Assembly: GCA_011109175.1 (NCBI GenBank)
Contig: RDEW01000004.1
Location: 892,030-956,029 of the forward strand
Length of the DNA stretch: 64,000 nucleotides
Reading direction: 5' to 3'
DNA from: Dicyema japonicum
Lineage: Eukaryota; Animalia; Dicyemida
In this document: positions 12,600 through 25,720 of the stretch, one piece after another
Position numbering within the stretch: the stretch's first letter is position 1
Layout of the letters: every line of letters begins with the position of its first letter
Position numbers and translations under genes: made by a program
Notes under the pieces: generated by a model
Databases searched by the model: none
What the model was told of the DNA's origin: nothing
What the model saw: only the letters and a program-made list of their open reading frames with translations

Positions 12600-13860
12600 C
12601 AAAAAAATATTCTAGCCATCTAATTAATTAAGAACTTCCGGATTCTTCGACCAATCAATCAGCCTTTGCGATTCTCTTACTAGCATTTCCGCTTCTTCCC
12701 CCATTTTCTAGACCATCCAGCGCTTTATCAATGTCTTACCCCTTCCTTCCCGACTCGTAACCAATAAAAGAATTCCTCACCACTCCCCAGTTTTTATTGA
12801 TCCCCATTGTTAGTTCATCGAAGCGTGCTTGTATTCTCTCCTGGTCTTTTTTAGCGCAATCGTTTAAATGTACGCTCGAGTGCTACCCGTAATTCTGATG
12901 ATGTTCATGTATGACTTGAAAAACCTGGAGACAATCCCATCCCAGGTCAGAACAATAAGGAGTTATTTTCAGTTTGGCTTTGTATATGATCTCTAATTCG
13001 CTTTTGCAAGAAAATCATATTTATGAAGTTTTTCCACTTCAACAGCCTTAAGATTGTCCATTGATGTTACTCCAAATTCAACCAGCCATATTTGGTACAT
13101 TTTCTTATCATACAAAAAAATGTCGGCATGTTATACTGGACTTTGAACTTCTTTGGAATAGTCGTATCAATTTGGATCTCAGCATACTGGTTTGTAATTA
13201 TGCTTTGAATTGAATGCGACTTTAATTTTTTGATTTTTTAAATCCTAATGAATGCATTTGACTATTTCATTGTGTCGTCTTGTATAGTCGGAGTTTAGCA
13301 TCCAGTTACACCTCGTGGCCATATTATCGACCGTTGTGGCAGTTTAGACCAAGATCCCGGAAAAAGATATTTCTATCTTGCAAAAGAAAGAAAATTGCTT
13401 CAGCCTTCGAGAAAGATTTCCCTTCGTAATCCATGTAGACAAAGATTGTGTGTCAAATGGAGACTTTTGTTTTTGATGTTAAACAAGAGAGAATTAATTT
13501 GTGAGTTCGTTAGAGCCTACACAATGTCTATAGTTGGGTCCATTTGGTATTTTACCCACATAAATTCTGTGATTGTGGCCATATATGTGTTTCTTTGCTA
13601 TTCGGCCAAAAAATTACAGCTCTTCTCAGAGACAACTTTTTTTGTCTTTCAAATCTTGTTTTAAACTCATGTAGCATTTTCTCAGATTTAAAATTAACTG
13701 ATATCAGCCCTCTTCAAGCATGCTCCTCGGTAAGTATAATTTTTCTCTGCAAGCTGGTTTCATATGAATCCCCAACTTCATAAATAATTTTCTGATTAAT
13801 CTATAAATTTCCTCGAATTCATCAGGTTCCATCTCGAGAGACCAATATAATAATCAAAAA
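12600..13860 (-). mobile_element. Degenerate R4/Dong-like REL-endonuclease non-LTR retrotransposon, 3' part
   Basis: HDEIVKCIH, IDTTIP, YDKK..WLVEFGVT..VEVEKLHKYD (restriction-like endonuclease motifs) in broken frames. Confidence 0.7.
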
Positions 13861-13941
13861 GGATAGATCATGTTCATTAATGACTTTAAACAAATTGACA
13901 GAATTCAAACCAAGGGTATAATATTCTTTCTTAGAGAAAAT

Positions 13942-14062
13942 TTTTTTTTTACAATTAAACAAATATCAGTTGAGGAAGCCTGCTGCGTGGATTGCGAACG
14001 AGTTCCCTCGGAGTATGGCTATTCCGATCTTTTGTCTTAGCCATAACCCTTCTCGTTGATCC
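13942..14062 (-). mobile_element. ~120-bp poly(A)-tailed CRE-like 3' fragment with 12-bp TSD cttagagaaaat (13930-13941 / 14063-14074)
   Basis: Encodes DQREGLWLRQKIGIAILRGNSFAIHAAGFLN*; near-identical copy at 25014-25137. Confidence 0.85.
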
Positions 14063-14475
14063 CTTAGAGAAAATAGTCTATTAATTCTGAAATTCAATTA
14101 ATTAATTTTTTATTTTAGTAAACACGTGCATAAAGCGATGAAATTATTAAAAACAATAAATTAATAATAAATTCGTAACATGTTATGTAATTAAATTGCT
14201 TAATAAACACGTTAAATTGATAACAATCCAAAAACATGATATTCGAAGCATTTCAATTGAAAATTAAATTACCAAATTATAATTTAATAAAATCACCAAT
14301 AATGATACTACAGCATTCGTGGAATAGTAAGATCAAACTCACTAGTGATCTTTAATAATCTCCAAACTTCTTAAAATAACTTTTAGCCACAGGTGCTCAC
14401 AACAAGAAAATAAAGCGGGTGAATCATTTAATTTATCAAAAAAATTAATTAAAGAAAAAAGTGAGATAAAAGACA

Positions 14476-15095
14476 CTAAGAGTGCTTATAGGGGCACCCT
14501 TTAGGATTCTTCCTGTGGGACTTGTATTTGCATACTATGTTGGCTTTCTTTTGATAATAATTACCAATGATTTTCTTCCGCTCCTCATCATTGGCAGGAA
14601 GAATGTACGAAGGAATTATTCCCCCTATTGATTGGATGCAAAGGGGGCATGTGGGGGTGAGTTTATACCACCTTTTTATGCAAGAAATACACATGGGGTG
14701 ATTACAGTTGGACATGATTCCATATTTTCGATCGTTGCTGTTCTTTTTTGCAAAAGGCGTGTCAAAGCAAATTAAACATTCACTGCCGTCCAACGCTTTA
14801 TGCGATTCTTCAATCGTTTCCTTTGTCCTGGGACGAGGGACACCCTCTGGGAGTTGATGAGTAAATCTAAAATTGTTGGAATTCAAATTACTTGCATTCC
14901 GAATATGGACAGGGATAATCGTTCCAAACGAACCAGCAAATGTTTTTTGCTAGTTCACTATGAGTGAAATCATGGGAAAATTCGCAACTGTCACCTTTTT
15001 TGCAGACACCATTCATAAAGTATCTGGTATTGTTTCAATATTGTATACCTGCACACAATTGAATTAAAATCCACACCATTGCTAAAACCGTTCAT
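14476..15095 (-). CDS. MKRN: Compact makorin-like CCCH/RING E3 ligase (2 CCCH, RING, degenerate CCCH); two 25-nt introns
   Basis: CRYFMNGVCKKGDSCEFSHD; ECLICFD..RKYGIMSNCNHPMCISCIKRW..CPLC..IIPS; EERKKIIGNY..CKY..CPYKH. Confidence 0.85.
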
Positions 15096-15299
15096 TAGAC
15101 CACAATAAAACTTATTGTTAATAATTTTATTATTTTTAAACTTATGTTAATAAATTAATTTATAATTTTTAACTTATTTTAATATAACATAAAATAATTA
15201 ATATACTTTATTATTATATTATTGAGATCGTCGAGAAAGAAGCCCACTAGTTGAAAGGGGTTTTCCTACTTTCTCCCTGACAAAATTTTCTGAAGATTA

Positions 15300-15528
15300 A
15301 ATTATGAAAACGATTCCGCCGGAGAATGAAGTGATGACCGCGTCGGTAGGACATGTGATAAAAATGGAAGAGGCAGACCTACTTCACCTTTTTTAAGCGG
15401 AAGCTTGTAATGTATTATTGGAAGATTGATTTGGTCGGCACAAGCAGATGTTCTCATTGGTTACTTTTTTGGATTAACTAGTTGTGACTGTTTGTGCTGA
15501 GCTTACCAAGATTGTATGCCTGTGGTTA
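15300..15528. repeat. Interspersed repeat; uninterrupted homolog of the sequence split by the 31513-39047 insertion
   Basis: Aligns to 31330-31512 and continues into 39048-39095. Confidence 0.75.
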
Positions 15529-16449
15529 ATAATAATAAGACGCCCACATTGTTACTACGGAGAAAACTAAATGTCCCTCAATCATGGACTACTTTAAGGA
15601 ACGCAACCGGGACTTTTTCAAGATGGCAAAGTCTCGAGCTTGACATTTAACTATATATGGACTCCTTTCCGGGATACGAGACGAAACCTTTCCTGTTGTG
15701 GAGAATAATCCAAGACTTAAAAACTAACCACAGGAATAGGACTGGTATGGATTACTTTATTAGACGATAACTCTTGTCTTCTTTCTTTTAATTCCGGTGT
15801 TAATAAAATAAAATTAAATATATCGTTAAAGACCAGAAAATTGGTTATTTTGTTAATTTTAGATCATTAATTATTTACTTTGCCAAGCTGTTTTCTCTGA
15901 GAATAACTATCGAGATACTTTCTCGAAGCCATCCAGTCTCAAGTATATCCTTGGTGACTTTGGATCATAAACCCGATCCGACGCACTAGATCGTCCGTTG
16001 TGGGGCGAGGATTCCTTACGTCTCGACAGCAAATGAGACGAATAAGTGATCCTTTGAAATTCTTAGTACTTGTTTCTCTTCTAATATTCAGCTTGCTTAG
16101 AAGCATTTTAATTAAAAAACAATTTTTTTAAATTCCTTTTATTTTTCACAAAATTATTTTGAAGGAAGATTGTGTTATCGTTCCTTCCTATCAGCTTATT
16201 CATATTCCAATGTGCCACATTATTATACGAGGCATGAATAAAGTTCAGCCATGTCTCGTTTATCTTATATTTTTATATACAATCAGTAGGCCAGAAATTG
16301 TCCTATTTAGGACAAAAATAGGACATTGTCCTATTTCAAATATAAAATTGTTCTAAAATAGGACATAATTTTTATAATTATTTTTTTAATTTTACTTGTA
16401 TTTTTTTCATTTCATTTTAAATTACACGTTATAAATTGTTTTCTTGCTA

Positions 16450-17590
16450 ATGACAGGTCTGTATTTATCAATTATTCGAACTCAAAACAAAGGAAGGAAA
16501 CGAACTCGGAAAGTCTGGTCGATTAACAACTGAGGATAAGTTTAGACTGAAGGCTCTGAACAATGAACTAAAAAACAGGAGGTAAAAGCACAAATATCAA
16601 GCTGGAAGCATATGTTCTCCTCGTTGAATAGAAGTAGACCCACTACTGAAGTTTGAAAAACCATCCTAGACTCCTCAAGAGAGGATGAAAGATCGTCCGA
16701 GGTGGATCACAGCCAAAAGGACTCAAACAACCTAATAAAATAATATGTGAAAATATCCCATAAAGACCATAAGAAGTCGGATGTATCTTCGAAATATCTC
16801 AGTAAACCAAAAAAAGGAACCGGATACGATTCACTTCACTGAAAACGATGTGAGATATGCATTGAAAGCCAATAAAACAACCTATTCTAACGGACCGGAT
16901 AAGATCCCAATGACCCTCCTAAAGAATCTGGGAGACTATGGAATCGCTGCATTAACGAGGATATTCAACAACTCCAATAGCAAAAATTACTTTCGACTCC
17001 GTGTCATGGAGGATTCTTACTTGGAAAATTTACCAAAGATCCCTGGAAAGCTTAAACTCTGGCTAGCTAACTTCCTAAGTAGTCGGAGGGGACGCGTCTG
17101 CATTGGTCAGTCAAGGTCTATTTCACAACTTCTCCCTAATGGGGTTCCCCAAGGATCCCCTTTGTCTTTAGTTTTATTCAATTTATTCATGGCGGACCTC
17201 CCCACTCTAGACTCCGAAAATGATATTATTCTAACGTATGCCGACGACATCGTAATTGCGTCACGCGATCAGGACATCGAAATTGCAACAAAATCTGGAC
17301 CGTCTTGACAAGTGGCTATAGAAAAATCGCCTGACTACTAGCAAAGGATTCTTGGGGTGACTTTTGACATGCATATGTCATTCTCTCTTCATGTTGAATG
17401 CCTCTTGAAGACTTGATACGAATGAACCATGGAACGGGCCGTCGTGACTGCGAAGGTTTAGTCACTCGACCGATACGTGCTTGTGTGGGGTCGAGGGAGG
17501 AGCATCGGGCCAAGATGAGGTCTCTGCTAGAGCGTGCTGGGATCACGTGATTGCTAGTTTTTGTAACCATGGTCTCTAGTGTTATTATTA
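16450..17590 (+). mobile_element. Internally deleted APE-type LINE RT fragment (same family as 32110-34430)
   Basis: SNGPDKIP, GVPQGSPLS.VLFNLFM, TYADD, LGVTFD; 3' end shared with the 32110 copy. Confidence 0.85.
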
Positions 17591-19137
17591 AGTCACATGG
17601 GTGGCTTGATGCCTACGGGCAACCTGTTTTTTACGTGTTTTTATGGTAACAAGATATCAATTGCTAGATTTAACAAAGAATTTATTTAAAATAACAAAAA
17701 ACAATTATTTTAAAGTCTTGACATTAAGACCGATCTTCTTCCATCAGAAAATTCAACCTACACATAATTTTGAAAAATATATACGGCCCATTTTCCTTTC
17801 TGTAGCATAACACAATTTCCCTAAGCGCGTTTGGATATCCTTATGGATAGCGCTTACATCACTAGCCATTCCAGAGGAAGGCGCCTTCCTTATCCGTAGC
17901 CTTTTGATACAGGGGCATCGCCCTGTGTCCTTCCTCGCCACAGTTAACGCACTTGAGAGACCTGACTTTTGATTGGCAAGCCTTCCGCGAATTTGGACTC
18001 CCGCAATTTAGATCCTTTATGCCTCTGCTCTAGAGCAAAGCCTGACCTTCATGGTCAAGAGTCTCCCCCCGCTTGTGGAGCCCTTCTTGATGTGTTCGAC
18101 TACATTATCATCTACGAAGTCCAGAGGAACTCCGAAGACTAGCACTATTGAATCCGAAGCCTTAGGAATGACCCGTGACACCCGGGCCCAAAAGGTACCT
18201 TTGTATTAACCTCAGCTTTAAAAGCTGAAGCGTCTTCCTCATTCCTAAATCCTAGCAACAAGTGGGATTCTCCGAGTTTGATAACTCTTCCTTTAGCATA
18301 GGTAGCCAGAGTACCTATACCGCACAGGAGCTTAACGACTCCTACCTTCGGCACCTCTAACTAGTTCCCACTCCAGCGATATTTCAACTTTTCTGTCATT
18401 CCTTTCAAGAAAAGTCTGAATTAAATCAGAATTAAACTTATCGTTTCTAAGCAAAAAATGTGAGGCCTTTTCGTGTACTCTCCGTTCCATTTGAGTTCTT
18501 TTATTTTCAGGATCGATTCCACATAAGATCTGTTTAATTTTTTCATATTCGACAAGATCTCTGATATACCCCATAAATTGAGACATAAAAATCACTAAAG
18601 ACAGGCTGTTAAAATTAAAAGAATTCAGGTTAGCCATTTAAAAAATACAGTTCGAATTAATTTTTTATTTAGAATTACTGAGTTAAATGTTGTTCTCATA
18701 TTAGTTACAAGAAAGTCATATTATGTAGTACATTAGAAATTTATTGCCTCGTGGTGTCATGTTGTACTTCGTGGCTAATTGGTTGAAGTTTCTGTTTGTT
18801 CGTCTGTTTTTCCTCTCTCTTCCTATTAGAGTGGCGTCATGTGATCCATTTGTCTAGGTGGCCGCCCAGTGCCAGGCCGGCATGAAAAAGGATCATTCGC
18901 TCTCCCCACTCCACTAGAGGGGTTTCCGCAACTGCAACTATGGACGTCTTTTACCACTTATGTTGATTCCGGATGGACTCTGTTTCTGTGGAAGTGGAAA
19001 ATGGACACACTTAATTAGTAGTTGTTTACTTTAACTTCTATCTCGGTGTATTCGGAGTTAATAACAAAAATCTCTGGTTACCATGGAAACACGTAAAAAT
19101 ACAGATTGCTCATAGGCTTCAGGTTTCCCATGTGACA
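17591..19137 (-). mobile_element. Ginger/TDD-like TIR transposon remnant, ~70-bp imperfect TIRs ((t)GTCACATGGG...CCCATGTGACA), 5-bp TSD tatta; contains a nested LINE ORF1 zinc-knuckle fragment
   Basis: 17591-17660 is the imperfect reverse complement of 19071-19137; tatta at 17586-17590 and 19138-19142; ORF 18332-18637 resembles the N-terminus of the 54270 integrase; nested KCVNCGEEGH knuckle near 17930. Confidence 0.65.
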
Positions 19138-19179
19138 TATTATTAAAACACAGAAAAAAATAAGGAACGAATTTCAAAA

Positions 19180-19775
19180 GCAATTTCCAAAAACTCATAA
19201 ATATTTACAAGAGCACAAAAAAGAGATTTATTTTAGCCAAAAATGTTCAAAGATAGTAAAATCATCTAAAAAATACTACATAGATCAACATCTTAATGGA
19301 AATAGACGTCAGACACAATGCCAAACAAATAGAGACCACACAACTTTTCTTTCTGAAGAAAAAAAAAGACAAACTGGATATCTGTTTAATTAAACCATTT
19401 TACATGCTGATATTCCACTTCACAAATTAGGGAATAGTTATGTAAAAAGGCTATTTTTAAATTAAATTATCATGTACTGTCTATAACAGCACTCCGAAAA
19501 AATATTCATAAACTTTACTACAGAAAACATTTTTAGACAAACAATTCTATTTAATTGTTGATGAAAGTAAAATTAACGGGGAAAATATTAAATGTAATTG
19601 TCGGGCTATTTGTATTCCAGAGACTTTATACATTATGAAATCAGCTATTAATTTATATTCGAATTCGAATGTTATAATTCCAACAATTAGAGATGTTTTT
19701 TGATAAATTTTTATTAGTTTTAGACAATTTTAAAGAACATTAAAATTTTTGACTTTATTGACAAAAATCGCCCTA
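19180..19775. mobile_element. hAT-like fragment ending in TIR aaaaatcgcccta (same family as 31513-39047)
   Basis: Terminal ~70 bp is the reverse complement of 31513-31580; degenerate YLIVDES transposase motif. Confidence 0.55.
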
Positions 19776-20609
19776 CTGATAAGGTAACCCATATGTAAAT
19801 TGCCTAAATAATAAAATTATCTCTCATATTATTTCTTGTCTTACTCTAACTTTGAAGAACATGATCTGTAGTGATCATTCGAATCCTTGTTTTTTAATCT
19901 AAAAACGTTGTTTATTTAAGCTTAGTAGCAACATAGAATGATATTAATCAGCCCACACCTGTTGCTTCTGACAAATGATTCCTCGACTTTTTTCAATTTC
20001 TGATTGGATGAAAATCGAACCTTGATTTTAATGGACACGACAGTTATCAAAACTTAGGGTTTACTATGTCCTCGAGTTCTCCACTTCATCCATTTTACTG
20101 CGTACATATCCAATTGAAGACGATGATAAGAATTAGTCGGCAATTAAATTTTCTAAGAAAACATCGAGGATCTCAGGATGTGGAGTTCTCCGAGGCACAG
20201 AAAATTACCCCCAGACCAACTATAGTAGTAAGGCAATTATGTAAATCCAGTTATCACCGTCAAATGACTTAATTAATTATGTCGGAACCCTCCAAGGACT
20301 GCTCTAAAGAATTAGGAAAACAAAATGACTAAGCTTTTGCCAAATAATGCTAATTTATTCAGAAATATGATTCAAGTATGTAAATTTGTTAAGTTGGGAT
20401 CGCAGTTGTCCCCGGAAACGCAAAAAAGCTTACTCCGTAATGTCAGCAGCCATTCTCCCCCATAGTTAATAAATAATATTTTTACAATTTGTTAATTGAC
20501 AATTTTTCTGCTAATTAAGTGTTTCTGCTTTAACAACATATGTATATTCTTAATTAACACTTGATGTTTCAAAATTACACTTAAATAGATTTTACTCACA
20601 ATTAGCAAA

Positions 20610-22389
20610 ATGTCGCTTCTTTTCATTTTATCTGTAATTCAAAATTAACACTATTTTTAGATTTCGCTCATCGACTCAGCCCAAAATGGTGAATTCCTTT
20701 GATAAAAATTTAGATAAAATCTTAACTTGCTATTACACGAACTGGGCAGTTTACAGAAATGGGAATGCCAAGTACGACGCCAAGTACATGTACCCTTACC
20801 TTTGCACATATATGTACGCGTTTGCGAATATCGACTACCAAACTCTGACTATAGTACCGAGTGATCCCTGGTCTGACATGCCAGGTGTTAGTCTATGACT
20901 CAATTTAGATGGACTTGGTAACTTTGGAAAAGTCACATCGCTAAAGAAAATCAATCCTGACTTAAAGGTCCTTGTGTCTATTGGAGGATGGGCGAGACAG
21001 ATACAGGAATTTAACCATGCCTCGGGGAGTGAAAAAAACAGAAAATTGTTTGCAAAAAATGCAAAAAAATTTCTTAAAAAATTCAACTTTGATGGATTAG
21101 ACGTTGATTGGGAATATCCAAGTGACAAGAACAAATTCTCTCTTTTGCTTAAAGTCCTAACATAAATGTAATTCTAAGGCACTTCGTGAGGAATTGAAAA
21201 TGGACAGTTCGGAATCATATTTGCTGACGGCCGCAGTTTCCGCAGGAGCAGGGACGTCTTCAGTTTCCTATGACATTCCATCGATTTCCAAGTAAAGGTG
21301 TTCTCGGATTCTACTAGATATCTTGATCAAATCTACGTCATGACTTATGACTTCTATGGCCAATTTTCAAGCGTGGTTGGGCATCACAGCGGGTTGTACT
21401 GCTCGGATAATAACGACCAATTCTGCACAGTATCTAGAATATTCAGTTTAGGATTTTGCCGTAAAATATTGGAACAAACACGGAGCTCCACTATCAAAGA
21501 TTTCGATTGGCGTTCCTACATATGCTCAGGGATTTAAGACTAATACAAAAAAACCACGTGCTGGAGATGAAAAAATTGGTGGAACTCCACAAGGAAGTAT
21601 ATTGTACAATAGCGGGATCCTGGCTTATCTTGAAGTCCCTGTCTTTTGATAAATTTAGTACTGTAATGAAGGATATAGAAATGTCTGGGACGACACCCAA
21701 AAAGTGGCTCACGGAGAAAAAGATCACTATTGGCTCGGATATGAGACCATAGAAAGCATTCGAGAGAAAGTTACAAATTCAAATATCTTAGGCAAATTAT
21801 GTCAAAGAGAAAGGATTGGCTGGAATGTTTGTGTGGAATCTAGATTTGGACGACTTTTCAGGAAAAGAATGCAACAACGGAAAGAGTCCTTTGATTGGGG
21901 AGATCCACAAGGAACTCAACATTTATCCAGGAATTGTGATTAATTTCTCTAAATCAAGGACTGGGAATCACGATTCGAGACAAAATATATTTCCAGTATT
22001 TCAACAACGATCAATCGAGACTCCAATCCAAGTGCGAAAAGGACGACTGAAGATGAGACACCACGTGGGCAATCTTCAACTAATTATATTACTCAAAAGA
22101 AATACCCGACTAGTGAAAGTCAGATGACACTCAATAACTCCCCGATTACTCAAGAACCACCAACTGAAAATACTGACGTCAATAATATTGATTTAAGTTT
22201 TTATTATAATAATTTTTAGGCAAGGGTTGCACCAAAGCCGGAGTTTTTGCTCTCCACGGATGTAAAACATTTATTAACTGCGGATTTGTTGGTCAGATTG
22301 CCCACGTTTTTAAATGTCCGGCAACGTTACTTTTTGATGAAAATTTGAAGACTTGTAATTATCCATATTTGGTTGATTGCAATGTCTAA
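20610..22389 (+). CDS. Secreted GH18 chitinase with S/T-rich linker and C-terminal CBM14 chitin-binding domain; ~10 mini-introns (22-27 nt)
   Basis: Signal-like N-terminus, CYYTNWAVYR, SIGGW, catalytic FDGLDVDWEYP, VMTYDF, LAGMFVWNLDLDDF, six-Cys CBM14 ending CNYPYLVDCNV*. Confidence 0.93.
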
Positions 22390-22426
22390 TTTAATCTCAC
22401 TAATTCTTAGTTAATTTCTGACGTTC

Positions 22427-22709
22427 GGGGGTTTTAATTAAAAGAATGTTACTTTAAAAATATTTTATGAACTTTGACCTGTCTAGATTTGGATTTGTGG
22501 TTATCGGGGAACTCTTCTAAACTTATCTGGATTCTTTCCATAATAACCATTTCCTTAAATTTTGTGCTGTTTTTGCCAAAAGAGAAATCTTGGGATTGGT
22601 TTGGTCGAATTCATTAAAAAAGACTAGCAGATGCTTTTTTATGTAATTTAACATGTGGGGGTTTTAATTAAAAGAATGTTACTTTAAAAATATTTAATGA
22701 ACTTTGACC
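22427..22709. repeat. 53-bp direct repeat pair (22427-22479, 22657-22709; one mismatch)
   Basis: gggggttttaattaaaagaatgttactttaaaaatattt(t/a)atgaactttgacc occurs twice, 230 bp apart. Confidence 0.85.
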
Positions 22710-23139
22710 ACTCGATTTGTTGGTTAATCGTTTGGAAGTTGGGTTGAGGACTTACCCTTGGTGCACTACAGCATTGTTTCTCAACCTTTTGTATCGCCCC
22801 TGTAAAAAAATTATCGGCCCGGTCTCCATTAAGTCCTGCAGGCATTGAGGCGCAATGGAGTTACCTCGCATAATCGCGAGTCCAATGTTCTGGAAAATCC
22901 AAACTTTAATTATTAATTTTTATTAAAAAAGTGTTAATATGTCCAATGACCTAGGTGAAGGTTTACCATTCTATATTTGGGATAATTTTCGTAAGATCTA
23001 CTCTGATGTCCCCTTCTTCACGGATACTCAAATCATTACGCCTCTTAAGGATAACAACGTTGAAGAAGATTTTCCCATAATTTCGGTAATCGTAGTTTTA
23101 TAGCATTCAAGTATCTTTAAAATGTTACATTATCATTAG

Positions 23140-23420
23140 AGAGATTTTTTTTGACTTAATAAATACGATATTTTGACCTAAAAAATTGACTTAATTGACT
23201 TTAAAAATTCAAAATTATTACTTTTTTTTTAACCTTTTTTGACCTTATGAAAAATTTATCTAAAAATGATGAAGGCTTGCAAGATGCTGAAAACCTTTTA
23301 AAATGTCTTTCTACTTCAATTGCAGTGAAACAATTTTTCTCCCGTTTGAAAAAACAGATGTCTAAAGATAGAAATTTCAATGAAAACATTATTGAAAAAT
23401 ATTTCATGCTAAATTAAAAT
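23140..23420 (-). mobile_element. hAT-like transposon 3' end with dimerization-domain remnant
   Basis: FTAIEVERHFK resembles the hAT (S/T)xxVERxFS motif; the subterminal aaagtcaa-rich block matches 38930-39030. Confidence 0.55.
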
Positions 23421-23689
23421 TTCTCTAACAATACATAGTTTTTAGAACGTAGCAGTTAAAGTAAGTAATTAAGTATTCCCGCTATTTCACAGTAGGCGCC
23501 CGAGATTTTTTTCAATGTTTTCTCCATGGTTCCACAGCATAAAAGGTAGAAGACTTCCATTCTTTGCAGTTGTGAGAACCCGGTTAGTGGAGTGGTGGTC
23601 TTTTTTTGTGCCACTCTGGCACTGGTCGCCAGCTGAGACAGGTAGATCATATACGTTACAAAAAAACAATGCACTTTACAAGATTCCAC

Positions 23690-23960
23690 ATTAGCTATCG
23701 CTCCCCCAGACAAAACAAACACTTTATTTTAAGCAAAGAACAGTTATCATAACTAATAGATGAGGGAGAACCTAGGAATACTCTTCATTTCTTTTCTTTT
23801 TTGAGGGTATGTCCTATATAGATGATCCGGTTCCGATGTGAAATATTCACTCGTTAAGCCAAAGCATAGGGATACGTGGAACCTTCAACCGAAATTTACA
23901 GTATCGTGATTCGTACTAAGGACCTTCAGTTCTTTTGTCCGGCACCCGTTGCACTGCGCC
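23690..23960 (-). mobile_element. Diverged SINE-related copy
   Basis: Aligns to 6010-6290. Confidence 0.6.
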
Positions 23961-23964
23961 ACAT

Positions 23965-24700
23965 GATTATTTTAAAACCCCAAGACAGCCAAGAAAGAAA
24001 GAATTAACTCGCTAAATTAAATAATCCAGCGTCCAAAATCTCTCGAATTCTCTTCGAATGCTCGGTCAGTGAAACAACAGCGTTTCTGAAGTGTCTTCTT
24101 TTATTTCTGCAGAGGAGTTCTACAGGAGTGCACTTTTTTTAATGCCGATCTGAATTCCTCCACATGAACCACCTTCTCTCTGAATGGGTTTCTAGCTCAT
24201 TGCACATACATAGGAAACCCTGGCCATTTCTCACCATCGCCTCCTCTGAAATGAGACGGGGATGGATGTGAAGTCTGATTGAATATGCCTCATGATCTTC
24301 TGTCTGAGAGAGTTCATACGATTCACCCACGTAGAAGGAATAGCGAATTTCCAGGCAGAACAGGCATATTCAATCGCCGGTGCAATAACTTGGAGATATA
24401 CTTTGCTGATAGAAGCAGTAGGAGAGAAGGGAGTCTTCTTTATGGTAGCTTTTAGGACGTTCCATTTTCGAAGACCCTTGGATAACACTTCTTCAGTGTG
24501 ACTGGTGAACGTCATAAGAGAGTCGAAAGTTACTCCAAGATCTTCTGGATTCGCGTATATGGATGAAAATGTTTCCGAGGAAAATCTCAAGTCCACCTTT
24601 AAATCTTCTGTCCGTAGTAAATAGGGTACACTGAGACTTGAATGCAGACACAGGGAGCAAATTCATGGATAGCCAGTCACATACCTGGAGGTCCTAGGTG
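23965..24700 (-). mobile_element. LINE RT C-terminal and 3' fragment
   Basis: LGVTFDSLMTFTSH, VYLQVIAPAIEYACSAW. Confidence 0.75.
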
Positions 24701-25720
24701 TTTGAGGTTTTTTTTATATTCTGTAGGTTTAGCGAGCATAATGATGGTGGCTTTTAACGGCTACTGATATTTATTCAAAATATGCTGTTACAAAAAGCTT
24801 AAAGAAAAAAAGTGGTTCGGAAGTTGCTGACAACCTTGAGGATATATTCATGGATTATGGACCATGTTTATATTTACAGTCGGACAATGGCTCCGAGTTT
24901 AAAAACTCATATATCACTGCAATTTGCAAGAAATATAACATTATTCAAATTCATTCACGTCCAAACAACCCACGTTGTCTAGGTATACAATTGAATTATT
25001 TTTATTTTAGGAATTTTTTTTTTAACAATTAAACAAATATCAGTTGAGGAAGCCTGCTGCGTGGATTGCGAACGAGTTCCCTCGGAGTATGGCTATTCCA
25101 ATCTTTTGTCTTAGCCATAGCCCTTCTCGTTGATCCCATCAGACTTTGTCGAAGATGTTATCGGATGATTCAAATAAATGTTGGAAAAAACAGATTAAAA
25201 AAGCTGTCCAATTTTATAATCTTAGTTATCATAGTTCAACAGGTTGTATGACCTTATATATAAATTAGGTGACAATCCGTTTCGTCGTTACAGAGGCATC
25301 AAAGGATTTAATCCAATTCTCCCTTATGTAGGCTACATTGAAAAAAATGATGAAGCAGTTGTGAATGGTTTGAGAGTTAAGCGAAAATTTAGAAACTCAA
25401 ATTGAAACAGAGAGATTCGTTAAATCAAGTGGAGAGGCAGGTTATCAATTTTTTTATTATTTCATAGAATTTGACTTTATACATTGTCCATTAGATTTGA
25501 ATTCCCCTTATTTCAAAAGAATGAACAGATAAATGTGTGTTCATTGCTCAAAATACTCATTCGAGAAAGGAGATGAGGTTAGTTAATTACATTGACAATA
25601 TAGGTTTTCGTAAAAAAGACCATGGTACAAATCCCTCGCTAAAGTTAGGAAAATTTGAATTTCCCTACAGTGAAAAAGTGAAAGTCGTAGATATGTCAAC
25701 TCTAATTTCGACATTTTGAA
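24700..25720 (+). mobile_element. Second Ginger-like integrase/transposase remnant with mini-introns, interrupted by a CRE tail and truncated by an R4-like element
   Basis: WLLTATDIYSKY, LQSDNGSEFKN, HSRPNNPR and KKDHGTNPSL are homologous to 54270-55750. Confidence 0.75.
25014..25137 (-). mobile_element. Second ~120-bp CRE-like poly(A) tail
   Basis: Near-identical to 13942-14062 with the same 5' boundary (GGGATCAACG). Confidence 0.85.

Noticed and set aside
18876-18890. GGCCGGCATG, identical to the start of the HDV genomic ribozyme
   Set aside because: No complementary P1 strand or nested double pseudoknot could be built; probably chance.
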